Shown: positions 1 through 13,013 of the stretch, piece after piece
Numbering within the stretch: the stretch's first letter is position 1
How the letters are laid out: every line of letters starts with the position of its first letter
NCBI GenBank assembly: GCA_032718475.1
Contig: JAUCBJ010006617.1
Span: 1-64,000 of the forward strand
Length of the DNA: 64,000 bases
Direction: 5' to 3'
Origin: Nemertoderma westbladi
Taxonomy: Eukaryota > Animalia > Xenacoelomorpha
Position numbers and translations under genes: made by a program
Notes under the pieces: model-generated
Seen by the model: the letters and a program-made list of their open reading frames with translations, nothing else
Told to the model about the DNA's origin: nothing
Databases searched by the model: none

Positions 1-22
1 CGGTATATGGCGCTGTATCCAT

Positions 23-120
23 AATATTAGTCATCATGCAGTATGCAATATTAGTCCGTCATGCAGTATGCAATATTAGTCCGTTATACTGTACGTAATA
101 TTAGTCCGTTGTGCAGCATG
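23..120. repeat. Short degenerate tandem repeat, ~25-bp unit (AATATTAGTCCGTCATGCAGTATGC), ~4 copies
   Basis: AATATTAGTC recurs at ~24-25 bp spacing with diverging tails. Confidence 0.75.
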
Positions 121-2146
121 ATATTTTAGATAAGGCATAATAACGCAGTGGTATTTAGGTAGGGAAATCAAAACGCCCATATATTTGAAACCATCCATTT
201 TGTATAGTATGTAGCCCTACCTACGTAATTTTGTATTAGGTTATATGTAGATAGTTCCAGGGTAAGTTTATTCGGACCCTGGATTCAGTGCTTGCTGATA
301 TTAGCTTTAGTAGGGCTAGCATATAGGGACGCTGTCCTGGCCATTCAGCAGCCAGAGACGTGAACCATTACCATATATGGTAATAATTCGAGGAAGGGAA
401 GCAAATAGGGCTACAATCCGGCCTCCTTATTGGACTAGCTGCTTCCAGGTTGGTCTAGTGCTAGCACGGACTGGAGAGCCAATAGGAGAGCGATTGAGTC
501 ACCCTATTGCATCATCCCATCCGGATCACCTATAAATTGGCGGTGTGCCGGTAAAGTATATTCTTCTACTCATCACATGACACCTAGCCCTAGCACCTGT
601 CTTGCTGTTTTTTCTTGATATTTTCTGCAATTTGCTAATTTGATTAATTTTCGTGAAATGATTTGCTAGTGCGATTACTTGCTTGTGTTTCTCAATAATT
701 CCTTTGATTGCTGCTAATTACAATTGAACTATGATTTCTACCTTTGATTAATGGTTCTATGTGATTCTTTCTGCGCAATAATCCTAAGGGATTCTGAGAC
801 TGTCAGACTTTGTGATTTGCATGCGCCGCTACGGTAGCTATTAGCGTCATGGAGAGCTAAGGTGCCAGTGGGCGGTGGGCGCATCGGGGGGTTGAGCGAC
901 TAGGAGAGAGCGGAGGATTCAAAGCGAGCAACGCTGGCCAGGGTCACCGTTGCGGGCGGGTAACTTGCACTGCGGCACGCAGACCGATCGCCGGTACAGC
1001 AAATTAGGGGGCTGATGATCCAGATTTTGTCTCTATTTGGTATTAGGGGGGCAGGAATTGGGTTAGTTAGGAATCCTAGATGTACCTGGGAGAGGCCTGC
1101 GCGTATTACAACGTTGAGTGTGGAGTACGAGTAGTGAATTGCACAATTGTAAACTGTGATTTCTAACGCTGATTGGTGTGTTATTGAAGTGTGCCTAAGA
1201 TTACGAATGCTTAGATAGGCGCTCTTTTCCTTTGATTGATTTCTATTTCTTAGTTACGATAATTAGTTATTGATTAGGTCAAAGTAATACGGCAAATTAG
1301 GCTATTACTATCGAAACCTGTTGCGTGATAAATTAGAATTACGTATTCTGGAACTCTTAGTAATTAGTACGCTGTTAAATATTTGTGACTGTAATTAATT
1401 AGTAAAAAATTAAGAATTAGTACGCAGCATAGCGGAGAGTAGCTAAGGTAATAATTAGTGTACTGTAAACTATTCACGCTGAGCGGTTATTTGCATTAGC
1501 GGGCAATCAGCTAGAACGCACTATTCGGTACGCACGATACGCTAGTAATTTTGCTGGCCTAAAGCCAGTCGCGGGCAGTTTTAGACCCGGGGTGGTATTA
1601 TCCACGTAGAAACAGATACTGTACCGTTTTGATATTTTAAATATTCTCGCATTCACACATTACGTTAGGGAACCTCCAGTATTCGCGATTAGAAAGACGT
1701 AGATAATAGCGTGCTTTAATAAGTGATAGAATTAGGCGTAAGAATACTCTGAGTGCAAGGCCTCTCGCACTCGTCTTAAGTAAGCTTAGGGAGCCGACTC
1801 GGGTTTATTGTTTTGGTTATTCCCGCGTGGCTCATAGATTCGAACAGTTAGCTCTCTATCGAGCAATCGGTAGAGAAAGGAACAAGCGATTTTGCAGGAG
1901 TTGTGTAAAATTAGTAAAATATATTAGTGGACGGCAGATTAGCGCCATCTAACGGTAAGTAGCGGTTTTGTATTTAGCAACCCTTACAATTTAGTAATAG
2001 CACGCTCCTGATCCCCTTTACTTAACAGTAGAGCAGTCTTTGTGTCTTATTGGTTAGACGAGAACTTATTAGGTTGGCAGAGAAGTATACCAGTATTTGT
2101 CTGTTCAACAGTTCTGCTGTTAGTATAGAGGTCGCGGTTGTTTATC

Positions 2147-5100
2147 ATGTTTACTTATTAGTTTATGTTTACTTATTAGTTTATGTTTACTTATTAGTTT
2201 ATGTTTACTTATTAGTTTATGTTTACGTATTAGTTTATGTTTACGTATTAGTTTATGTTTACGTATTAGTTTATGTTTACGTATTAGTTTATGTTTACTT
2301 ATTAGTTTATGTTTACGTATTAGTTTATGTTTACGTATTAGTTTATGTTTACGTATTAGTTTATGTTTACTTATTAGTTTATGTTTACGTATTAGTTTAT
2401 GTTTACGTATTAGTTTATGTTTACTTATTAGTTTATGTTTACGTATTAGTTTATGTTTACGTATTAGTTTATGTTTACGTATTAGTTTATGTTTACTTAT
2501 TAGTTTATGTTTACTTATTAGTTTATGTTTACGTATTAGTTTATATTTACTTATTAGTTTATATTTACTTATTAGTTTATGTTTACTTATTAGTTTATGT
2601 TTACTTATTAGTTTATGTTTACTTATTAGTTTATGTTTACTTATTAGTTTATGTTTACTTATTAGTTTATGTTTACTTATTAGTTTATGTGTACTTATTA
2701 GTTTATGTTTACGTATTAGTTTATGTTTACTTATTAGTTTATGTTTACTTATTAGTTTATGTTTACTTATTAGTTTATGTTTACTTATTAGTTTATGTTT
2801 ACTTATTAGTTTATGTTTACTTATTAGTTTATGTTTACTTATTAGTTTATGTTTACTTATTAGTTTATGTTTACTTATTAGTTTATGTTTACTTATTAGT
2901 TTATGTTTACTTATTAGTTTATGTTTACTTATTAGTTTATATTTACTACACCAAGTTTATGTTTACTTATTAGTTTATGTTTACTTATTAGTTTATGTTT
3001 ACTTATTAGTTTATGTTTACTTATTAGTTTATGTTTACTTATTAGTTTATGTTTACTTATTAGTTTATGTTTACTTATTAGTTTATGTTTACTTATTAGT
3101 TTATGTTTACTTATTAGTTTATGTTTACTTATTAGTTTATGTTTACTTATTAGTTTATGTTTACTTATTAGTTTATGTTTACTTATTAGTTTATGTTTAC
3201 TTATTAGTTTATGTTTACTTATTAGTTTATGTTTACTTATTAGTTTATGTTTACTTATTAGTTTATGTTTACTTATTAGTTTATGTTTACTTATTAGTTT
3301 ATGTTTACTTATTAGTTTATGCTTACTTATTAGTTTATGTTTACTTATTAGTTTATGTTTACTTATTAGTTTATGTTTACTTATTAGTTTATGTTTACTT
3401 ATTAGTTTATGTTTACGTATTAGTTTATGTTTACGTATTAGTTTATGTTTACGTATTAGTTTATGTTTACGTATTAGTTTATGTTTACTTATTAGTTTAT
3501 GTTTACTTTTTAGTTTATGTTTACTTATTAGTTTATGTTTACTTCTTGGTTTATGTTTACTTATTAGTTTATGTTTACTTATTAGTTTATGTTTACTTAT
3601 TAGTTTATGTTTACTTCTTGGTTTATGTTTACTTATTAGTTTATGTTTACTTATTAGTTTATGTTTACTTATTAGTTTATGTTTACGTATTAGTTTATGT
3701 TTACGTATTAGTTTATGTTTACTTATTAGTTTATGTTTACTTATTAGTTTATGTTTACTTATTAGTTTATGTTTACTTATTAGTTTATGTTTACTTATTA
3801 GTTTATGTTTACGTATTAGTTTATGTTTACTTATTAGTTTATGTTTACTTATTAGTTTATGTTTACTTATTAGTTTATGTTTACTTATTAGTTTATGTTT
3901 ACTTATTAGTTTATATTTACTTATTAGTTTATGTTTACTTATTAGTTTATGTTTACTTATTAGTTTATGTTTACTTATTAGTTTATGTTTACTTATTAGT
4001 TTATGTTTACTTATTAGTTTATGTTTACTTATTAGTTTATGTTTACTTATTAGTTTATGCTTACTTATTAGTTTATGTTTACTTATTAGTTTATGTTTAC
4101 TTATTAGTTTATGTTTACTTATTAGTTTATGTTTACTTATTAGTTTATGTTTACGTATTAGTTTATGTTTACTTATTAGTTTATGTTTACTTATTAGTTT
4201 ATGTTTACTTATTAGTTTATGTTTACTTATTAGTTTATGTTTACTTATTAGTTTATGTTTACTTATTAGTTTATGTTTACTTATTAGTTTATGTTTACTT
4301 ATTAGTTTATGTTTACTTATTAGTTTATGTTTACTTATTAGTTTATGTTTACTTATTAGTTTATGTTTACTTATTAGTTTATATTTACTACACCAAGTTT
4401 ATGTTTACTTATTAGTTTATGTTTACTTATTAGTTTATGTTTACTTATTAGTTTATGTTTACTTATTAGTTTATGTTTACTTATTAGTTTATGTTTACTT
4501 ATTAGTTTATGTTTACTTATTAGTTTATGTTTACTTATTAGTTTATGTTTACTTATTAGTTTATGTTTACTTATTAGTTTATGTTTACTTATTAGTTTAT
4601 GTTTACTTATTAGTTTATGTTTACTTATTAGTTTATGTTTACTTATTAGTTTATGTTTACTTATTAGTTTATGTTTACTTATTAGTTTATGTTTACTTAT
4701 TAGTTTATGTTTACTTATTAGTTTATGCTTACTTATTAGTTTATGTTTACTTATTAGTTTATGTTTACTTATTAGTTTATGTTTACTTATTAGTTTATGT
4801 TTACGTATTAGTTTATGTTTACGTATTAGTTTATGTTTACGTATTAGTTTATGTTTACATATTAGTTTATGTTTACTTATTAGTTTATGTTTACTTATTA
4901 GTTTATGTTTACTTATTAGTTTATGTTTACGTATTAGTTTATGTTTACTTATTAGTTTATGTTTACTTATTAGTTTATGTTTACTTATTAGTTTATGTTT
5001 ACTTATTAGTTTATGTTTACTTATTAGTTTATGTTTACTTATTAGTTTATGTTTACTTATTAGTTTATGTTTACTTATTAGTTTATGTTTACTTATTAGT

Positions 5101-8100
5101 TTATGTTTACTTATTAGTTTATGTTTACTTCTTGGTTTATGTTTACTTATTAGTTTATGTTTACTTATTAGTTTATATTTACTTATTAGTTTATATTTAC
5201 TTATTAGTTTATGTTTACTTATTAGTTTATGTTTACTTATTAGTTTATGTTTACTTATTAGTTTATGTTTACTTATTAGTTTATGTTTACTTATTAGTTT
5301 ATGTTTACTTATTAGTTTATGTTTACTTATTAGTTTATGTTTACTTATTAGTTTATGTTTACTTATTAGTTTATGTTTACTTATTAGTTTATGTTTACTT
5401 ATTAGTTTATGTTTACTTATTAGTTTATGTTTACTTATTAGTTTATGTTTACTTATTAGTTTATGTTTACTTATTAGTTTATGTTTACTTATTAGTTTAT
5501 GTTTACTTATTAGTTTATGTTTACTTATTAGTTTATGTTTACTTATTAGTTTATGTTTACTTATTAGTTTATGTTTACTTATTAGTTTATGTTTACTTCT
5601 TGGTTTATGTTTACTTATTAGTTTATGTTTACTTATTAGTTTATGTTTACTTATTAGTTTATGTTTACTTCTTGGTTTATGTTTACTTATTAGTTTATGT
5701 TTACTTATTAGTTTATGTTTACTTATTAGTTTATGTTTACTTATTAGTTTATGTTTACTTATTAGTTTATGTTTACTTATTAGTTTATGTTTACTTATTA
5801 GTTTATGTTTACTTATTAGTTTATGTTTACTTATTAGTTTATGTTTACTTATTAGTTTATGTTTACTTCTTGGTTTATGTTTACTTATTAGTTTATGTTT
5901 ACTTATTAGTTTATGTTTACTTATTAGTTTATGTTTACTTATTAGTTTATGTTTACTTCTTGGTTTATGTTTACTTCTTGGTTTATGTTTACTTATTAGT
6001 TTATGTTTACTTATTAGTTTATGTTTACGTATTAGTTTATGTTTACGTATTAGTTTATGTTTACTTATTAGTTTATGTTTACTTATTAGTTTATGTTTAC
6101 TTATTAGTTTATGTTTACTTATTAGTTTATGTTTACTTATTAGTTTATGTTTACGTATTAGTTTATGTTTACTTATTAGTTTATGTTTACTTATTAGTTT
6201 ATGTTTACTTATTAGTTTATGTTTACTTATTAGTTTATGTTTACTTATTAGTTTATGTTTACTTATTAGTTTATGTTTACTTATTAGTTTATGTTTACTT
6301 CTTGGTTTATGTTTACTTATTAGTTTATGTTTACTTATTAGTTTATGTTTACTTATTAGTTTATGTTTACTTATTAGTTTATGTTTACTTATTAGTTTAT
6401 GTTTACTTATTAGTTTATGTTTACTTATTAGTTTATGTTTACTTATTAGTTTATGTTTACTTATTAGTTTATGTTTACTTCTTGGTTTATGTTTACTTAT
6501 TAGTTTATGTTTACTTATTAGTTTATGTTTACTTATTAGTTTATGTTTACTTATTAGTTTATGTTTACTTCTTGGTTTATGTTTACTTATTAGTTTATGT
6601 TTACTTATTAGTTTATGTTTACTTATTAGTTTATGTTTACTTATTAGTTTATGTTTACTTATTAGTTTATGTTTACTTATTAGTTTATGTTTACTTATTA
6701 GTTTATGTTTACTTATTAGTTTATGTTTACTTATTAGTTTATGTTTACTTATTAGTTTATGTTTACTTCTTGGTTTATGTTTACTTATTAGTTTATGTTT
6801 ACTTATTAGTTTATGTTTACTTATTAGTTTATGTTTACTTATTAGTTTATGTTTACTTCTTGGTTTATGTTTACTTATTAGTTTATGCTTACTTATTAGT
6901 TTATGTTTACTTATTAGTTTATGTTTACTTATTAGTTTATGTTTACTTATTAGTTTATGTTTACTTATTAGTTTATGTTTACTTATTAGTTTATGTTTAC
7001 TTATTAGTTTATGTTTACTTATTAGTTTATGTTTACTTATTAGTTTATGTTTACTTATTAGTTTATGTTTACTTATTAGTTTATGTTTACTTATTAGTTT
7101 ATGTTTACTTATTAGTTTATGTTTACTTATTAGTTTATGTTTACTTATTAGTTTATGTTTACTTATTAGTTTATGTTTACTTATTAGTTTATGTTTACTT
7201 ATTAGTTTATATTTACTACACCAAGTTTATGTTTACTTATTAGTTTATGTTTACTTATTAGTTTATGTTTACTTATTAGTTTATGTTTACTTATTAGTTT
7301 ATGTTTACTTATTAGTTTATGTTTACTTATTAGTTTATGTTTACTTATTAGTTTATGTTTACTTATTAGTTTATGTTTACTTATTAGTTTATGTTTACTT
7401 ATTAGTTTATGTTTACTTATTAGTTTATGCTTACTTATTAGTTTATGTTTACTTATTAGTTTATGTTTACTTATTAGTTTATGTTTACTTATTAGTTTAT
7501 GTTTACGTATTAGTTTATGTTTACGTATTAGTTTATGTTTACGTATTAGTTTATGTTTACGTATTAGTTTATGTTTACTTATTAGTTTATGTTTACTTAT
7601 TAGTTTATGTTTACTTATTAGTTTATGTTTACGTATTAGTTTATGTTTACTTATTAGTTTATGTTTACTTATTAGTTTATGTTTACTTATTAGTTTATGT
7701 TTACTTATTAGTTTATGTTTACTTATTAGTTTATGTTTACTTATTAGTTTATGTTTACTTATTAGTTTATGTTTACTTATTAGTTTATGTTTACTTATTA
7801 GTTTATGTTTACTTATTAGTTTATGTTTACTTCTTGGTTTATGTTTACTTATTAGTTTATGTTTACTTATTAGTTTATGTTTACTTATTAGTTTATGTTT
7901 ACTTATTAGTTTATGTTTACTTATTAGTTTATGTTTACTTATTAGTTTATGTTTACTTATTAGTTTATGTTTACTTATTAGTTTATGTTTACTTATTAGT
8001 TTATGTTTACTTATTAGTTTATGTTTACTTATTAGTTTATGTTTACTTATTAGTTTATGTTTACTTATTAGTTTATGTTTACTTATTAGTTTATGTTTAC

Positions 8101-11100
8101 TTATTAGTTTATGTTTACTTATTAGTTTATGTTTACTTATTAGTTTATGTTTACTTATTAGTTTATGTTTACTTATTAGTTTATGTTTACTTATTAGTTT
8201 ATGTTTACTTATTAGTTTATGTTTACTTATTAGTTTATGTTTACTTATTAGTTTATGTTTACTTATTAGTTTATGTTTACTTATTAGTTTATGTTTACTT
8301 CTTGGTTTATGTTTACTTATTAGTTTATGTTTACTTATTAGTTTATGTTTACTTATTAGTTTATGTTTACTTATTAGTTTATGTTTACTTCTTGGTTTAT
8401 GTTTACTTATTAGTTTATGTTTACTTATTAGTTTATGTTTACTTATTAGTTTATGTTTACTTATTAGTTTATGTTTACTTATTAGTTTATGTTTACTTAT
8501 TAGTTTATGTTTACTTATTAGTTTATGTTTACTTATTAGTTTATGTTTACTTATTAGTTTATGTTTACTTATTAGTTTATGTTTACTTCTTGGTTTATGT
8601 TTACTTATTAGTTTATGTTTACTTATTAGTTTATGTTTACTTATTAGTTTATGTTTACTTATTAGTTTATGTTTACTTCTTGGTTTATGTTTACTTATTA
8701 GTTTATGTTTACTTATTAGTTTATGTTTACTTATTAGTTTATGTTTACGTATTAGTTTATGTTTACTTATTAGTTTATGTTTACTTATTAGTTTATGTTT
8801 ACTTATTAGTTTATGTTTACTTATTAGTTTATGTTTACTTATTAGTTTATGTTTACTTATTAGTTTATGTTTACGTATTAGTTTATGTTTACTTATTAGT
8901 TTATGTTTACTTATTAGTTTATGTTTACTTATTAGTTTATGTTTACTTATTAGTTTATGTTTACTTATTAGTTTATGTTTACTTATTAGTTTATGTTTAC
9001 TTATTAGTTTATGTTTACTTCTTGGTTTATGTTTACTTATTAGTTTATGTTTACTTATTAGTTTATGTTTACTTATTAGTTTATGTTTACTTATTAGTTT
9101 ATGTTTACTTATTAGTTTATGTTTACTTATTAGTTTATGTTTACTTATTAGTTTATGTTTACTTATTAGTTTATGTTTACTTATTAGTTTATGTTTACTT
9201 CTTGGTTTATGTTTACTTATTAGTTTATGTTTACTTATTAGTTTATGTTTACTTATTAGTTTATGTTTACTTATTAGTTTATGTTTACTTCTTGGTTTAT
9301 GTTTACTTATTAGTTTATGTTTACTTATTAGTTTATGTTTACTTATTAGTTTATGTTTACTTATTAGTTTATGTTTACTTATTAGTTTATGTTTACTTAT
9401 TAGTTTATGTTTACTTATTAGTTTATGTTTACTTATTAGTTTATGTTTACTTATTAGTTTATGTTTACTTATTAGTTTATGTTTACTTCTTGGTTTATGT
9501 TTACTTATTAGTTTATGTTTACTTATTAGTTTATGTTTACTTATTAGTTTATGTTTACTTATTAGTTTATGTTTACTTCTTGGTTTATGTTTACTTATTA
9601 GTTTATGTTTACTTATTAGTTTATGTTTACTTATTAGTTTATGTTTACTTATTAGTTTATGTTTACTTATTAGTTTATGTTTACTTATTAGTTTATGTTT
9701 ACTTATTAGTTTATGTTTACTTATTAGTTTATGTTTACTTATTAGTTTATGTTTACTTATTAGTTTATGTTTACTTATTAGTTTATGTTTACTTATTAGT
9801 TTATGTTTACTTATTAGTTTATGTTTACTTATTAGTTTATGTTTACTTATTAGTTTATGTTTACTTATTAGTTTATGTTTACTTATTAGTTTATGTTTAC
9901 TTATTAGTTTATGTTTACTTATTAGTTTATGTTTACTTATTAGTTTATGTTTACTTATTAGTTTATGTTTACTTATTAGTTTATGTTTACTTATTAGTTT
10001 ATGTTTACTTATTAGTTTATGTTTACTTATTAGTTTATGTTTACTTATTAGTTTATGTTTACTTATTAGTTTATGTTTACTTATTAGTTTATGTTTACTT
10101 ATTAGTTTATGTTTACTTCTTGGTTTATGTTTACTTATTAGTTTATGTTTACTTATTAGTTTATGTTTACTTATTAGTTTATGTTTACTTATTAGTTTAT
10201 GTTTACTTATTAGTTTATGTTTACTTATTAGTTTATGTTTACTTATTAGTTTATGTTTACTTATTAGTTTATGTTTACTTATTAGTTTATGTTTACTTAT
10301 TAGTTTATGTTTACTTATTAGTTTATGTTTACTTATTAGTTTATGTTTACTTATTAGTTTATGTTTACTTATTAGTTTATGTTTACTTATTAGTTTATGT
10401 TTACTTATTAGTTTATGTTTACTTATTAGTTTATGTTTACTTATTAGTTTATGTTTACTTATTAGTTTATGTTTACTTATTAGTTTATGTTTACTTATTA
10501 GTTTATGTTTACTTATTAGTTTATGTTTACTTATTAGTTTATGTTTACTTATTAGTTTATGTTTACTTATTAGTTTATGTTTACTTATTAGTTTATGTTT
10601 ACTTATTAGTTTATGTTTACTTATTAGTTTATGTTTACTTATTAGTTTATGTTTACTTATTAGTTTATGTTTACTTATTAGTTTATGTTTACTTATTAGT
10701 TTATGTTTACTTATTAGTTTATGTTTACTTATTAGTTTATGTTTACTTATTAGTTTATGTTTACTTATTAGTTTATGTTTACGTATTAGTTTATGTTTAC
10801 TTATTAGTTTATGTTTACTTATTAGTTTATGTTTACTTATTAGTTTATGTTTACTTATTAGTTTATGTTTACTTATTAGTTTATGTTTACTTATTAGTTT
10901 ATGTTTACTTATTAGTTTATGTTTACTTATTAGTTTATGTTTACTTATTAGTTTATGTTTACTTATTAGTTTATGTTTACTTATTAGTTTATGTTTACTT
11001 ATTAGTTTATGTTTACTTATTAGTTTATGTTTACTTATTAGTTTATGTTTACTTATTAGTTTATGTTTACTTATTAGTTTATGTTTACTTATTAGTTTAT

Positions 11101-11916
11101 GTTTACTTATTAGTTTATGTTTACTTATTAGTTTATGTTTACTTATTAGTTTATGTTTACTTATTAGTTTATGTTTACTTATTAGTTTATGTTTACTTAT
11201 TAGTTTATGTTTACTTATTAGTTTATGTTTACTTATTAGTTTATGTTTACTTATTAGTTTATGTTTACTTCTTGGTTTATGTTTACTTATTAGTTTATGT
11301 TTACTTATTAGTTTATATTTACTTATTAGTTTATATTTACTTATTAGTTTATATTTACTTATTAGTTTATGTTTACTTATTAGTTTATGTTTACTTATTA
11401 GTTTATGTTTACTTATTAGTTTATGTTTACTTATTAGTTTATGTTTACTTATTAGTTTATGTTTACTTATTAGTTTATATTTACTTATTAGTTTATATTT
11501 ACTTATTAGTTTATGTTTACTTATTAGTTTATGTTTACTTATTAGTTTATGTTTACTTATTAGTTTATGTTTACTTATTAGTTTATGTTTACTTATTAGT
11601 TTATGTTTACTTCTTTGTTTATGTTTACTTATTAGTTTATGTTTACTTATTAGTTTATGTTTACTTATTAGTTTATATTTACTTATTAGTTTATATTTAC
11701 TTATTAGTTTATATTTACTTATTAGTTTATGTTTACTTATTAGTTTATGTTTACTTATTAGTTTTTGTTTACTTATTAGTTTATGTTTACTTATTAGTTT
11801 ATGCTTACTTATTAGTTTATGTTTACTTATTAGTTTATGCTTACTTATTAGTTTATGTTTACTTATTAGTTTATGTTTACTTGTTAGTTTATGTTTACTA
11901 CACCAAGTTTATGTTT
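2147..11916. repeat. Intronic 18-bp satellite (GTTTATGTTTACTTATTA)n, ~540 copies
   Basis: Directly visible. Variants are TACGTATTA, TACTTCTTGG, TATATTT and GCTTAC, plus a 20-bp unit (...CTACACCAAG) at ~2946, 4388, 7216 and 11898. Confidence 0.99.
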
Positions 11917-11924
11917 CTATGTAG

Positions 11925-12195
11925 GAGAGGACTACCTGTGGCGTGTGGTTGTTGCTACGGGCGACGACGCTGTCGCTATGCGCGCTATCAGTTTGATACG
12001 CGAGATCCACACGAATCTCTCCTCCGAACTGATTATAGACGCTTCAAGAATCCACGAGGATTTCCTACAATCCTGTTTCGATCGTCTCAAGGTTCATTAC
12101 GATACTCTGGTTGTGATGGTTGGAGGGGAGAAATGTAACCTGGATGAAATAGAAGTTAAAGCTAAAGTCATGGTTCGAATTCTCGCTATTCTAAG
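11925..12195 (+). CDS. USP9X: USP9X/FAF-like ubiquitin carboxyl-terminal hydrolase, internal exon A (upstream exons lie outside the window)
   Basis: Acceptor tttctatgtAG at 11923-11924 and donor AG|GTTAAT at 12196. It encodes (G)EDYLWRVVVATGDDAVAMRAISLIREIHTNL...[20 protein letters not shown]...MVRILAIL, matching USP9X GLDYLWRVV...[20 protein letters not shown]...MVRVLTVL. The exon ends in phase 2. Confidence 0.93.
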
Positions 12196-12386
12196 GTTAA
12201 TACAAACTAAATATATAAACTGTAATGTAATGGATTGAGTTATTTTCTGGGGCGAGCCATCATGTAGTTTGGTGGTGTATTGTTTGTATTTAGCTCAGGG
12301 TCTACCTCATGTGTTGATGGGCCAGGTTAACCTTAGCATAATGTGATCAAGTTTACACTTTTTTGCAATAGCCCTGCAGATATTGC

Positions 12387-12600
12387 ATTATACCTTGCAT
12401 GGAAGTGTTTAGTACCCCGGGCCGGGCCGGGCCGGGTCGTTATTATACCTTGCATGGAAGTGTTTAGTACCCCGGGCCGGGCCGGGCCGGGCCGGGCCGG
12501 ATCGGTATTATACCTTGCATAGAAGTGTTTAGTACCCCGGGCCGGGCCGGGCCGGGCCGGGCCGGGTCGGTATTATACCTTGCATAGAAGTGTTTAGTAC
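12387..12600. repeat. Minisatellite (~55-65 bp, 3.5 copies): ATTATACCTTGCATRGAAGTGTTTAGTACCCC followed by a variable (GGGCC)n tract
   Basis: Directly visible. Confidence 0.9.
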
Positions 12601-13013
12601 TTAGTTGGATAGGCAATATTGTTGTCTCATCAATTAATAATCCTACTGATGCCAAACTGACATCATTGAGGGTTGTCCTAAAAGTTACCAAATTCTACAC
12701 CAAATCTTGACTTTATATGCAAAAGCAATGAGGTTATCGACCCCCCAGGGCATGGGTGTGTTCCAGAACCTTTTTACTCACTATTATTCCAATGCCAGCC
12801 ACAATTACCAGAGGTAATTGTGGAAGGCATTGGTTTATTATATTGCGACACAGAAGCTCAGGTTGTACAAAACATTATTTCATTGTGTATTTTGTTATAT
12901 AGCTTCTCGCTCCCTTTTCAGTTATTTTTAGTATGACCTAAGTGCTTTTCCGGTTACTGTTTTTAGTAATGAAGGCTGCTACCGGTTTTTGCAGGGGATT
13001 CTATTCTGGCTAT

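Noticed and set aside
988-1050. CTGATGA as a hammerhead ribozyme core
   Set aside because: No downstream GAAA or supporting stems. Other CTGATGA hits noticed lie in RT coding sequence.
2050-12138. Long (VYVYLL)n ORFs of up to 1434 aa
   Set aside because: They are stop-free frames of the 18-bp satellite inside an intron; frames switch at the 20-bp variant units.
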